From Nanobdellota archaeon (GTDB lineage: Archaea; Nanobdellota; Nanobdellia; Woesearchaeales; GW2011-AR9): a stretch of 33,546 nt of DNA. The notes beneath the pieces were generated by a model that was not told the DNA's origin, searched no databases, and was given only the letters and a program-made list of their open reading frames with translations. Shown one piece after another: positions 25,719-33,546 of the stretch. Both the position numbers and the translations under genes were made by a program. Where the stretch lies: positions 1 to 33,546 of the forward strand of contig JAHJDB010000013.1 of NCBI GenBank assembly GCA_018812765.1, written 5' to 3'. Position 1 is the stretch's first letter; each line of letters begins with the position of its first letter.

Positions 25719-26756
25719 ATGAAAACCAAAAAAATAACCGGAATGATATTGTTAATATCTTTAGCCTTATTATTTCTTCCTTCAGGCTTGGCCTTATCTA
25801 AACCTGTTGCTGGGATATTAATTTTTGATAAAGAGATACAATCTTTAGAAGTTAATGTTTATGTAAAAGTTAATTCTCCTTTAAACGGAAAACAAGTCTG
25901 TAAAGTAAATCCTTCCGTCACTAACGGACCCGACGGCAGTTTTGCTTCTAATCTGAATAATCTAGTTTTAAGAGATTTTCCTACCACCAACTGTAATTCT
26001 TTCTGGAAAGGAGGAGATCCAATCTGGTATGAAGCTGAATTTAAAGGACAACAATATTCTTCTTCTGCAGAAAAAATAAAACTAGGCACGGGATTACAAT
26101 TTCTAGAGAATCTAAAATTAGAAGAGGTTGCTTTAGATACAGAAACTCCTGCTAGTGCAGGAAGTGGTTCTGGTGGGAGCGGAGGTTCTGCAGAAATACC
26201 TTCAGAAGCTCAGGAATCTAAGCTAGTCTTACCGGAAATTTCCGCTGTGCTTTCTTTAACACAAGATGATAATTCCATAGAATCAACAGTGAATTTAGAA
26301 TTACTTAATGATGTAAAAAGTGAAATTACTGTAAAAGTGATCTTGTTTTCCTTGCCGGATGAAAAGATTGCTTCTTCTTTAGAAAAAAACTTATTTATTA
26401 AATCTAAAATCAAAGAGAAATTTGTTTTTGATTCTTTTAACCTTAGCCCAGGAAGATATCAGGCTCAGGCCTTGGTATATTTTCAAAAAAAAATGGTGGC
26501 GGCTTCAAATATAGAAAAATTCTTTATCAGAACAGAACAGATGATTGAAGATATAAAACAAGAAAATCTCGCCGGAAAGGCCGCGAAACAGACTTTTAGA
26601 GAATCAAGTTTAAATCTTACCCTGTTCTTATTACTGTTGATAATCATAATCTTAGTTATCCTTCTGCTGTTTAAAAAATACCGCAAGGTCAAGATGATTA
26701 AGAAAATGATCAAAAAAATTGAAAATTTAGGAAACTTGGAAAATAAGAAGAACTGA
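25719..26756 (+). CDS. Secreted, C-terminally anchored protein sharing its N-terminal domain with the 1853-aa protein
   Basis: The signal peptide ends in GLALSKPVAG. About aa 24-135 aligns with aa 23-137 of the 27306 gene product. A Gly/Ser linker SAGSGSGGSGGS is present, followed by a TM helix and basic tail. Confidence 0.6.
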   Translation: MKTKKITGMILLISLALLFLPSGLALSKPVAGILIFDKEIQSLEVNVYVKVNSPLNGKQVCKVNPSVTNGPDGSFASNLNNLVLRDFPTTNCNSFWKGGDPIWYEAEFKGQQYSSSAEKIKLGTGLQFLENLKLEEVALDTETPASAGSGSGGSGGSAEIPSEAQESKLVLPEISAVLSLTQDDNSIESTVNLELLNDVKSEITVKVILFSLPDEKIASSLEKNLFIKSKIKEKFVFDSFNLSPGRYQAQALVYFQKKMVAASNIEKFFIRTEQMIEDIKQENLAGKAAKQTFRESSLNLTLFLLLLIIIILVILLLFKKYRKVKMIKKMIKKIENLGNLENKKN

Positions 26757-26992
26757 GAAAAAGCTAAACTAAGATTAGTTAAGATACTAAAAAAAAGTAG
26801 TTTTCTTTATGTGAAAAATAGCCAACGCATTTTTATGATTTTAAGAATATTTTCGATAAATACTTTAAATAGAATAATATAATTTTTATTGAAACTTCAA
26901 CTGTACTTAAAAAAAATATTCAAATCAGACCTTTTTTAGTTCTTTTTCTAACTATCCAAAATTATTTTTAAAGCTCTTTTTCTAAAAAGAAA

Positions 26993-27022
26993 CCATTTTT
27001 GGTATATTTATCCCAAAAACGG
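26993..27022 (+). promoter_or_regulatory. Imperfect inverted repeat CCATTTTTGG-N10-CCAAAAACGG, a candidate operator next to the TATA box of the wHTH/giant-gene operon
   Basis: The arms match at 9 of 10 positions. The right arm ends 2-3 nt before TATA-like AAGTTTAAAAAG (27024-27035), which is ~25 nt upstream of ATG 27058. Confidence 0.4.
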
Positions 27023-27057
27023 TAAGTTTAAAAAGACATTTAGTCTTATTTTAAAAT

Positions 27058-27309
27058 ATGCTGGCGTACTTGGAAGGCCTTGTTGATAGAAAGACTTTAG
27101 CTATTATTACTGCCCTTCATAGTAAACCAGACCAATTATTTCATCTAAATTCTTTAGCGCAAGAAGCAAAGGTACCAGTCACTTCTACAGCGAGAATCAT
27201 CAAGAAACTTGTAGCAAAATCTTTTGCAGAAGAAATCAAAGTAGGGAAACTTTCCCTCTATAAATTAGCTGATAACAACAAAAATAAGGAGATCGGTAAA
27301 TTAATATGA
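27058..27309 (+). CDS. Small winged-helix (MarR/ArsR-like) DNA-binding protein
   Basis: 83 aa. LAIITALHSKPDQLFHLNSLAQEAKVPVTSTARIIKKLVAKSFAEEIKVGKLSLYKL fits a helix-turn-helix plus wing. The stop overlaps the next ATG (ATGA at 27306-27309). Confidence 0.6.
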   Translation: MLAYLEGLVDRKTLAIITALHSKPDQLFHLNSLAQEAKVPVTSTARIIKKLVAKSFAEEIKVGKLSLYKLADNNKNKEIGKLI

Positions 27310-30300
27310 ATAAAAAGAAAATGATGTTATTCCTGTATCTCTTCTTCCTAGTTTTATCAGCTAGTTTTACCCTTGCTCTCACCAAACCTATTGCTGGGTT
27401 TGTCTTCCAGAATGATTCTTCTATTGCCCAAAATGCCACCATGACTGTTTATGTTAATATTTCCATTATGGCCGGTAATTTTACTTGCCACATTGTACCG
27501 AGTGTGTTTAGTGGAGGAGACGGTTCCTTCTCCACAAACTTAGCTAACTTAAAATTTTCTGATAACAGTGATTGTAGTGGATCCTGGGAAACAGGAGACC
27601 TTATCTGGGCGGAAGGAAATGGATCTACAGTGATTCCTAGTATACAAGGAAATGGAATTAGCACACCAGAAGGAATAGAATCGGGAACTGGATTGCAATA
27701 TATAGGTAATGTCACTTTAGCTCCTGGACCAGATCTTACTGCGCCGATAGTACAGCTAATCTCTCCAGCAAACGGTTCTGTAACAACTACCGGAAATGTT
27801 ATCTTTAGCTATAATGTTACAGATAATTCATCCATCGCTAATTGCAGCTTGATCTTCAACGGAGTAATCAATGAAACTGACACGACTGTCACGAAAGATA
27901 TCACTCAAGACTTTACCAAAACTAATTTGCCTGACGGATTGTTAAATTGGTCCATTAATTGTACGGATAGTTCCGGAAATAGGAATGGAACAGAAACATG
28001 GATCTTAAATATCTCCAAGATTGGAATCTTGCAAGCAACTCTAATCAATCCTACTACTGATATTTCTGTCCTCAAGAATCAATTCTTCACTTTTATCGCT
28101 CAAGTAACCTGTGTAGGGGGAAGCTGTGGAAATGTTAACGCTACTCTTGATCCTATCACTTTTGAAAAGAAGAAAGTTTCCTTCTTTACTAAAATTCTTT
28201 ATTTACTGAAAGATATCTTCAATGGAAATCTGATCACCGGAATGGTGACCGGAGGGGTAGTGCCTACCACTCCTTCCACTCCTTTCTGGACCAATTCTTC
28301 TAATCCGGCTAACTCTGCAGATTTCCCCTGCCTTGCTAATATGCTAGAGGGTTCCAGTTGTAACACAACCTGGTATGTTAATGCCACAGGAGGAGTGGAA
28401 ACTGTCCACGAATTCTTTGCTTTCTTCAATTCTACGACTTATCTAGATGTAAGTAATGAAACTGCCCATGTCAATATTACCATCACCGAACAGAATAACC
28501 CTCTGGTTTTTGATCTGATACCTTTAGCGAACACAAGTTTCAACATCTCCACAGGTATAGAAATTGGAGCAAATGTTACAGATGATAACAATGTTTCTGT
28601 AGTTCTAGCGAACATAACTTTCCCGAACGGGACAAGACAACAGATAACTTTATCTAACACCTTAGGTGATAAGTATAATGGCACTTTTACCATACCTAAC
28701 TTGAAAGGCCAATTTAATGTTGTTTTTATCGCCAATGATACTTCTAATAATATCAACAATACTGAAACGACTTTCTTTGTAGGAGTAGATAATAATAATC
28801 CATCTATATTTAATCTTATACCTACAGCAGGAAGCTCATTTAACATCTCCACCAGTATCCAAATTGCTGCTGACGTTACTGATGATGTGGGAGTGAGTGT
28901 AGTCACAGCTAATATTACTTTCCCGAATGGAACGGTACAACAAATAACTTTAAGTTCAGCTATAGGTGCAAAATATAACAATTCCTTCGCTATTCCTCTC
29001 TTGTTAGGGCAATATAACATCACCTTTAGGGCTAACGATACCAGCAACAACATCAATGATACAGAAAGCACTTACTTCCTAGCCGTCGATAATGTAGCTC
29101 CCGTGTTCTCCAACATTGTAGAGTCTCCTACTGACCCGACCACTTATAGTCCAGGAAGAGTTTACTTCTTTAACATTACCTGGACAGATAACATTGCGAT
29201 GGGAACAGTAATCATCCAATTTAACGGAACAAATTTCACTTCAGAAGTACAGAACATCAGCAGTGTCTATATGTTCAACAGGACGGATTTGGCCGTAGGA
29301 ACTTATAATTACACTTGGTTTGCCAATGACACTTCTGGAAACCTTAACCAAACTACTCAGACTTATACCATCAACAAAGCGGTCTCGGAAGTGAACCTAA
29401 CCTTGAACGGAGCTGACGCCAACATTAACGTAGAAGTAGGGTCGATAGTAAATATTACGGGTACAAGAGTTACCGGCGAAGGAGAGATCCAACTATACAG
29501 GAATGGTACTTTGATCAATTCGGGAGCACCAATTATTTCAAATTTGTCGACGTTCAGCTCTTTAGGTGTGTTTAACATCACTGTAATTTATACGGCTACA
29601 CAGAATTATACTGCCAGCCAGGAAACACATCTTGTTACCGTTGGAGATGCTACGCCGCCAAACGTAACTAACGTAACCGCTAATCCTAATATCATCAACC
29701 AAACACAAGTTACAGAAATCAATGCCACGGTTGTGGATAATGTAGAAGTGGATGTAGTCATCGCCCAGATCACTTTCCCGAACGGAACAAAGATCAATCA
29801 GACCATGACTAACGTCTCTGCTCAGTATTCTACTACATTTAATACCACGTTGACTTCTCCGATCGGAATTTATAATGTTTCAATCTTCGCCAACGATACC
29901 AGCAATAACAAAAATTATACAGAAACAACTACCTTTACAGTAATTGATGATACTCCGCCAAACGTAACGGCCTTAAGGCCATTGAACGGAACAGTCTTTA
30001 ATGTCTCAAACGTGATTGAAATTGCCGCAAATGTGACTGATAATATCGGAGTAAGTGTTGTTACGGCTAATATCACTATGCCGAATGGAACTGTGCAACA
30101 GCTAACTTTAAATCATACTATCGGTGCAAAATATAACAATTCTTTTACTATCCCTTTGGTAATAGGACAATATAACATTACAATCATTGCTAATGATACC
30201 AGCAACAATATCAATGATACAGAAAAAACTTCTTTTGTTGCCAACGATACTGGTTTCCTTTACGTGAGGATCATTAACCCTCTCTCTTTTAGTAACTTTG

Positions 30301-32867
30301 CTCAAAACACAGGAGTATTAATCACAGCTCTGGTTGAAGATAATGTTGCTGTTGATACTGTACTTGCTAATGTTACCACCCCTAATTCTTCCAGTTTCCT
30401 GTTAGAACTTGGTTATCACGGTGTAGACGATATCTATAATGTAACTTTCACCCATACCGAAATTACCGGCATTTATAATGTCAGGATTATCGCCAATGAT
30501 ACTTCCAATAATATTAACGACACTGTAACTAGAAACTTTAATGTCCAGGCTGCTGATATTCCTTTAGTAAGTTTAGTCTCTCCTGCCAACGGAGCTGCTT
30601 CCAATAATAACACCGTCATCTTTACTTGTAATGCCAGCGATGATGAACGCATAATCAATATAACCCTTTACCACAATATAAGCGGTTCTTTTGCAGCAAA
30701 CCAAACCGTTAATGTTTCAGGAGCATCTAACCAGACTAGTTTCATCGTAGATAATGTAGTTGAAGGAACCTATGCCTGGAACTGTTTAGCTGTAGATAAC
30801 CAAAGCCATTCTGTCTTTGCCCTGGTTAATTTCACCTTTACTATCGATCAGAAACCGCCGAATGTTACAAATCTCTCTCCGATCCAAAATAGTACTTTTA
30901 CAATCGGCTCTTCCCTGAACATTAATGCTACAGTCAAGGATGATGTTTCTGTGGATACAGTTTTAGCGAACATAACTCTTCCTAACGGAACAGTACAACA
31001 ATTAATCTTAACGGATGATAATTCCGACGATATCTATAACTCTTCGTTTACAATACCTTTGCTAACTGGAACTTACAACATTACATTCATCGCTAATGAT
31101 ACAGCTGGAAATATCAATAACACTGAAAAAACTAATTTCATCGCCCCAGGGATTGATACCTCTCCTAATATTACCCTAGTCTCACCAGCCAACGGCGCTT
31201 CTTTTGAAACTAGTACCACTACTGACGTTATTTTCTTCTGTAATGCTACCGACGATTCATCACTAATCAACTTGTCTTTATATATAACCAGCTCAAGCAA
31301 CACTAATTTTAATTTAAGTCAGACCTTTAATGTCAGTGGAACTTCTAACAGCAGCAATTGGACCTTAACCTTAACTCAAGGAAGCTATACCTGGAACTGT
31401 CTTGCTTACGATAATTCCTCTCAGTCCTCTTTCGCTAGCTCGAACCGAACCTTAACCGTTAGTGCTCCTGCACCTGCTCCCTCTCCTGGAGGCGGAGGAG
31501 GAGGTGGGGGAGGAGGAGGAGGCGGTGGCTTCATAGCTCCATGTACAGAAGATTGGGAGTGTGGGGATTGGTCTCCTCAAGAATGTCCTCCTTCAGAGAT
31601 ACAGACTAGAACCTGTACTGATCTAAATGGATGTGGGGCGACAGATGATAAACCTCCTGAAACAAGGACTTGTGAGTACAAAAAATTGAAAAAAATAGAT
31701 TTAGCCATCATTGATTACCCTCAAAGCATAGGCCTAAAAGAAAAGCCTACTGTTAAAATAAAAGTGAGCAATACTGGCAGTGAGCAATTGAAAGAGCTAG
31801 TATTAAATTTTGAAATCAGTCCAGGCTGGTCAAAACCTCAAAATGTTTCTATCCCAGTTTTAGACGTTGGAGAAACTACAACTATTGATGTGGAGATCGA
31901 GAATGAAATCTGTACTTCAGAAGAAGAATTGATCCTCCCTCCAAAGATGGAATTGACTGCTGCTGTTGAAGGAAACGGAGTAAAAGACCAGGATTCAATC
32001 TTACTTCCACTGAATGTTTCTTCTGGCTTAAGTGTATCGACAGATAAAAACAGTTATTTTAGCGGAGAAAACATGAGAGTTTGCATCTTCTATTACAATG
32101 ACGGCCAAGAAGATTTGGACGAGCTGGAATTTGATGTCTTGATCCAGTCGCTTAAAGATGGGGACTTTTTAAAAGTGGACCATGTCTTCTCTTTCCAATC
32201 CTCTAAGAATGAACTATTAGCGGTAAGAAAAAATATCCTACTGGATAAAGTTTTTGCAACTGCTGATTATAACCTGATAATAGAAATGTTTAACGGTGAA
32301 AGATTCTCCAAAGAAGATAAAATTGATGAAGCAGAAACAAAGGTATTCATAAATGGATTTATCGAACAGAAGATTTTAGGAGAACCGGGCCTAAATTATA
32401 CCACCCTGTATAATTTAGAAGAACATACCTTAACTGTGAATGGTTTTGATGATACTTTTGCTTATATCACCTTCCAGTCATCCCCACAGAATTATACTTT
32501 GATATTACTAGAAGAAAAAACTCTCCTGGACAGCTTAAGTGCAATTTATCTGGGCGAAAAAGAAGAATATGAAGAAGGCAAGTTAATTAAAAAAGCTGAT
32601 ATCAGATTAAGATGGAAAGAAAGAAAAGAAGAAGCGGTGGCTGGTTCAGATTATCAAATAATTGATTTAGATAAAGGAACTGAAGCAGTTGGCTTGAAAA
32701 AAGGAAGTTCTTTCCCAATTATATTACTCTGGGTAATCATAACTTTAATAATCGCATTGATCATGGCCATAATTTCCTGGATCCATCACCATTGGATCCT
32801 TGAAGGAAGAAAAATAAAAGTTGAGAAGATCAGCAAATTAAAAATTTTCCAGAAGAAAAGGGAATAG
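27306..32867 (+). CDS. 1853-aa surface protein: signal peptide, shared head domain, ~100-aa Ig-like repeat array, Gly14 linker, Cys-rich module, CARDB-like region, C-terminal TM anchor
   Basis: The signal peptide ends in FTLALTKPIAG. ANITFPNGT-type units sit at aa 435, 535, 820, 921, 1021 and 1221. SPANG...CNA(S/T)DD...WNC units sit at aa 153, 1092 and 1293. Gly14 lies at 31489-31530, the six-Cys module at 31531-31680, and the TM helix at 32712-32783, followed by HHH. Confidence 0.8.
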   Translation: MNKKKMMLFLYLFFLVLSASFTLALTKPIAGFVFQNDSSIAQNATMTVYVNISIMAGNFTCHIVPSVFSGGDGSFSTNLANLKFSDNSDCSGSWETGDLIWAEGNGSTVIPSIQGNGISTPEGIESGTGLQYIGNVTLAPGPDLTAPIVQLISPANGSVTTTGNVIFSYNVTDNSSIANCSLIFNGVINETDTTVTKDITQDFTKTNLPDGLLNWSINCTDSSGNRNGTETWILNISKIGILQATLINPTTDISVLKNQFFTFIAQVTCVGGSCGNVNATLDPITFEKKKVSFFTKILYLLKDIFNGNLITGMVTGGVVPTTPSTPFWTNSSNPANSADFPCLANMLEGSSCNTTWYVNATGGVETVHEFFAFFNSTTYLDVSNETAHVNITITEQNNPLVFDLIPLANTSFNISTGIEIGANVTDDNNVSVVLANITFPNGTRQQITLSNTLGDKYNGTFTIPNLKGQFNVVFIANDTSNNINNTETTFFVGVDNNNPSIFNLIPTAGSSFNISTSIQIAADVTDDVGVSVVTANITFPNGTVQQITLSSAIGAKYNNSFAIPLLLGQYNITFRANDTSNNINDTESTYFLAVDNVAPVFSNIVESPTDPTTYSPGRVYFFNITWTDNIAMGTVIIQFNGTNFTSEVQNISSVYMFNRTDLAVGTYNYTWFANDTSGNLNQTTQTYTINKAVSEVNLTLNGADANINVEVGSIVNITGTRVTGEGEIQLYRNGTLINSGAPIISNLSTFSSLGVFNITVIYTATQNYTASQETHLVTVGDATPPNVTNVTANPNIINQTQVTEINATVVDNVEVDVVIAQITFPNGTKINQTMTNVSAQYSTTFNTTLTSPIGIYNVSIFANDTSNNKNYTETTTFTVIDDTPPNVTALRPLNGTVFNVSNVIEIAANVTDNIGVSVVTANITMPNGTVQQLTLNHTIGAKYNNSFTIPLVIGQYNITIIANDTSNNINDTEKTSFVANDTGFLYVRIINPLSFSNFAQNTGVLITALVEDNVAVDTVLANVTTPNSSSFLLELGYHGVDDIYNVTFTHTEITGIYNVRIIANDTSNNINDTVTRNFNVQAADIPLVSLVSPANGAASNNNTVIFTCNASDDERIINITLYHNISGSFAANQTVNVSGASNQTSFIVDNVVEGTYAWNCLAVDNQSHSVFALVNFTFTIDQKPPNVTNLSPIQNSTFTIGSSLNINATVKDDVSVDTVLANITLPNGTVQQLILTDDNSDDIYNSSFTIPLLTGTYNITFIANDTAGNINNTEKTNFIAPGIDTSPNITLVSPANGASFETSTTTDVIFFCNATDDSSLINLSLYITSSSNTNFNLSQTFNVSGTSNSSNWTLTLTQGSYTWNCLAYDNSSQSSFASSNRTLTVSAPAPAPSPGGGGGGGGGGGGGGFIAPCTEDWECGDWSPQECPPSEIQTRTCTDLNGCGATDDKPPETRTCEYKKLKKIDLAIIDYPQSIGLKEKPTVKIKVSNTGSEQLKELVLNFEISPGWSKPQNVSIPVLDVGETTTIDVEIENEICTSEEELILPPKMELTAAVEGNGVKDQDSILLPLNVSSGLSVSTDKNSYFSGENMRVCIFYYNDGQEDLDELEFDVLIQSLKDGDFLKVDHVFSFQSSKNELLAVRKNILLDKVFATADYNLIIEMFNGERFSKEDKIDEAETKVFINGFIEQKILGEPGLNYTTLYNLEEHTLTVNGFDDTFAYITFQSSPQNYTLILLEEKTLLDSLSAIYLGEKEEYEEGKLIKKADIRLRWKERKEEAVAGSDYQIIDLDKGTEAVGLKKGSSFPIILLWVIITLIIALIMAIISWIHHHWILEGRKIKVEKISKLKIFQKKRE
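28500..31488 (+). repeat. In-frame array of ~300-nt (100-aa) domain repeats inside the giant gene
   Basis: The GC(G/T)AA(C/T)AT(A/T/C)ACT...CC(G/T)AA(C/T)GG anchor starts at 28608, 28908, 29763, 30066, 30366 and 30966. The spacings are 300, 855, 303, 300 and 600 nt. Units at 28800-29099 and ~29960-30260 remain clearly similar at the DNA level. Confidence 0.8.
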
Positions 32868-32915
32868 ATTTAAATATATTTAAATGATTAAAATAACTTT
32901 AAAGAGGTGTGAAAG

Positions 32916-33209
32916 ATGGTTTTCATCTTTGGAATAGACATACTTTTGGTAGAAATTATTTTTGTACTGACCATTACACTAATTGTTCTTCTTGGATTAC
33001 TGATCTATTTGGTAATCGGCCAAGTTAAATTAAAAAGAGAATTAAAGAAAGTAATCAGCAAAGAAAATGTAGAATTAAATGCTCTAAGAAAAATTGAAGA
33101 AGAAGAAAAAGATAATATCAATTTAGCGAGAACTATCAAATCAGAACTTGACAAACTGCTTTACTCCAGGCTGCAAAGAGCACCTAAAAAAGTTAAGAAA
33201 AAGAACTAA
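32916..33209 (+). CDS. Small single-pass membrane protein with a coiled-coil, basic C-terminus; function unknown
   Basis: 97 aa with N-terminal TM helix ILLVEIIFVLTITLIVLLGLLIYLVIG. SD AGAGGTG at 32901-32907 precedes the ATG. Same strand as the giant gene and 48 nt downstream of it. Confidence 0.5.
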   Translation: MVFIFGIDILLVEIIFVLTITLIVLLGLLIYLVIGQVKLKRELKKVISKENVELNALRKIEEEEKDNINLARTIKSELDKLLYSRLQRAPKKVKKKN

Positions 33210-33351
33210 GAAAAAAAGAAAGTAAACGTTTAAGATCATTGAAATCTTTTAAAATTAGTTGAGAAAAAAGAAGTAAACCCATGTTTAAAACAGATTTCTT
33301 AAAAATGAAGATAGAGATTTAAGCTTGATATTTTAATGGCATAGTAGAAAA

Positions 33352-33491
33352 GTCGTCGTCATGGCCTCAAAGAGGTAAAATCTGCTAAGAGATAATTTAG
33401 TCATAATTAAGTTCCGAGCCAATAATAATTGAGAAAAGGTATTTTTCCTATTTCCCTTTCAGGCTCGGGAGATTTTACTGGCCAAGATGAC
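33352..33491 (+). ncRNA. Candidate ~140-nt structured RNA or long imperfect hairpin (unclassified)
   Basis: Nested helices: 33355-33366/33480-33491 (11 bp, one A:A mismatch), 33375-33383/33470-33478 (9 bp) and 33414-33420/33462-33468 (7 bp). TATA-like ATATTTTAAT at ~33328-33337 lies ~25 nt upstream. A T7 run follows at 33492-33498, but it may belong to another TATA+GAGC promoter (33493-33505). Confidence 0.3.
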
Positions 33492-33546
33492 TTTTTTTAT
33501 AGAGCCAATTTTAACAAAAGTTTTTTTATAATTTACTCTATATCCA

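Noticed and set aside
28439-29071. 210-aa minus-strand ORF, and several 60-76-aa ones (27449-31303), inside the giant gene.
   Set aside because: These are mirror images of the repeat array. The + frame carries the signal peptide, the periodic domains and the TM anchor, and the antisense ORFs have no start context or motifs.
1-33546. CRISPR arrays, rRNA genes, transposases/integrases, and toxin-antitoxin or known defence genes.
   Set aside because: I found no regularly spaced short repeats, no rRNA-like conserved blocks, and no ORF with the corresponding catalytic motifs.

Overview
AT-rich archaeal chromosomal segment. The informational genes are archaeal in type: PCNA, Hjc resolvase, RpoP, ribosomal protein eL43, prefoldin beta, archaeal RNase J, RibL, archaeal TyrRS, RNase Z, and a tRNA-Leu with a bulge-helix-bulge-type intron. 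Compact gene spacing, mixed leaderless and Shine-Dalgarno starts, and a very large sequon-rich surface protein suggest a small-genome (DPANN-like) archaeon; that is inference only. Positions 1-21600 are mostly housekeeping genes, with three oddities. (i) A 200-nt strongly structured element occurs twice (248-447 and 7190-7389, 195/200 identical) and I cannot assign it to a known RNA or IS family. (ii) A 719-aa fusion joins a glutamine-dependent AsnB-like amidotransferase to a second PP-loop domain that looks like diphthine-ammonia ligase. (iii) A 924-aa orphan protein looks like a tandem (one degenerate, one partly intact) calcineurin-type metallophosphoesterase with a ~170-aa coiled-coil insert. 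Positions 21700-33210 form a single-strand cluster of seven genes. Six are predicted secreted or membrane-anchored, and one is a small winged-helix regulator translationally coupled to a 1853-aa surface protein with a ~100-aa domain repeat. This cluster is my best candidate for an undescribed cell-surface or host-attachment module. I saw no CRISPR array, rRNA, transposase or integrase. All calls come from manual reading of the sequence and ORF track, with no database searches.
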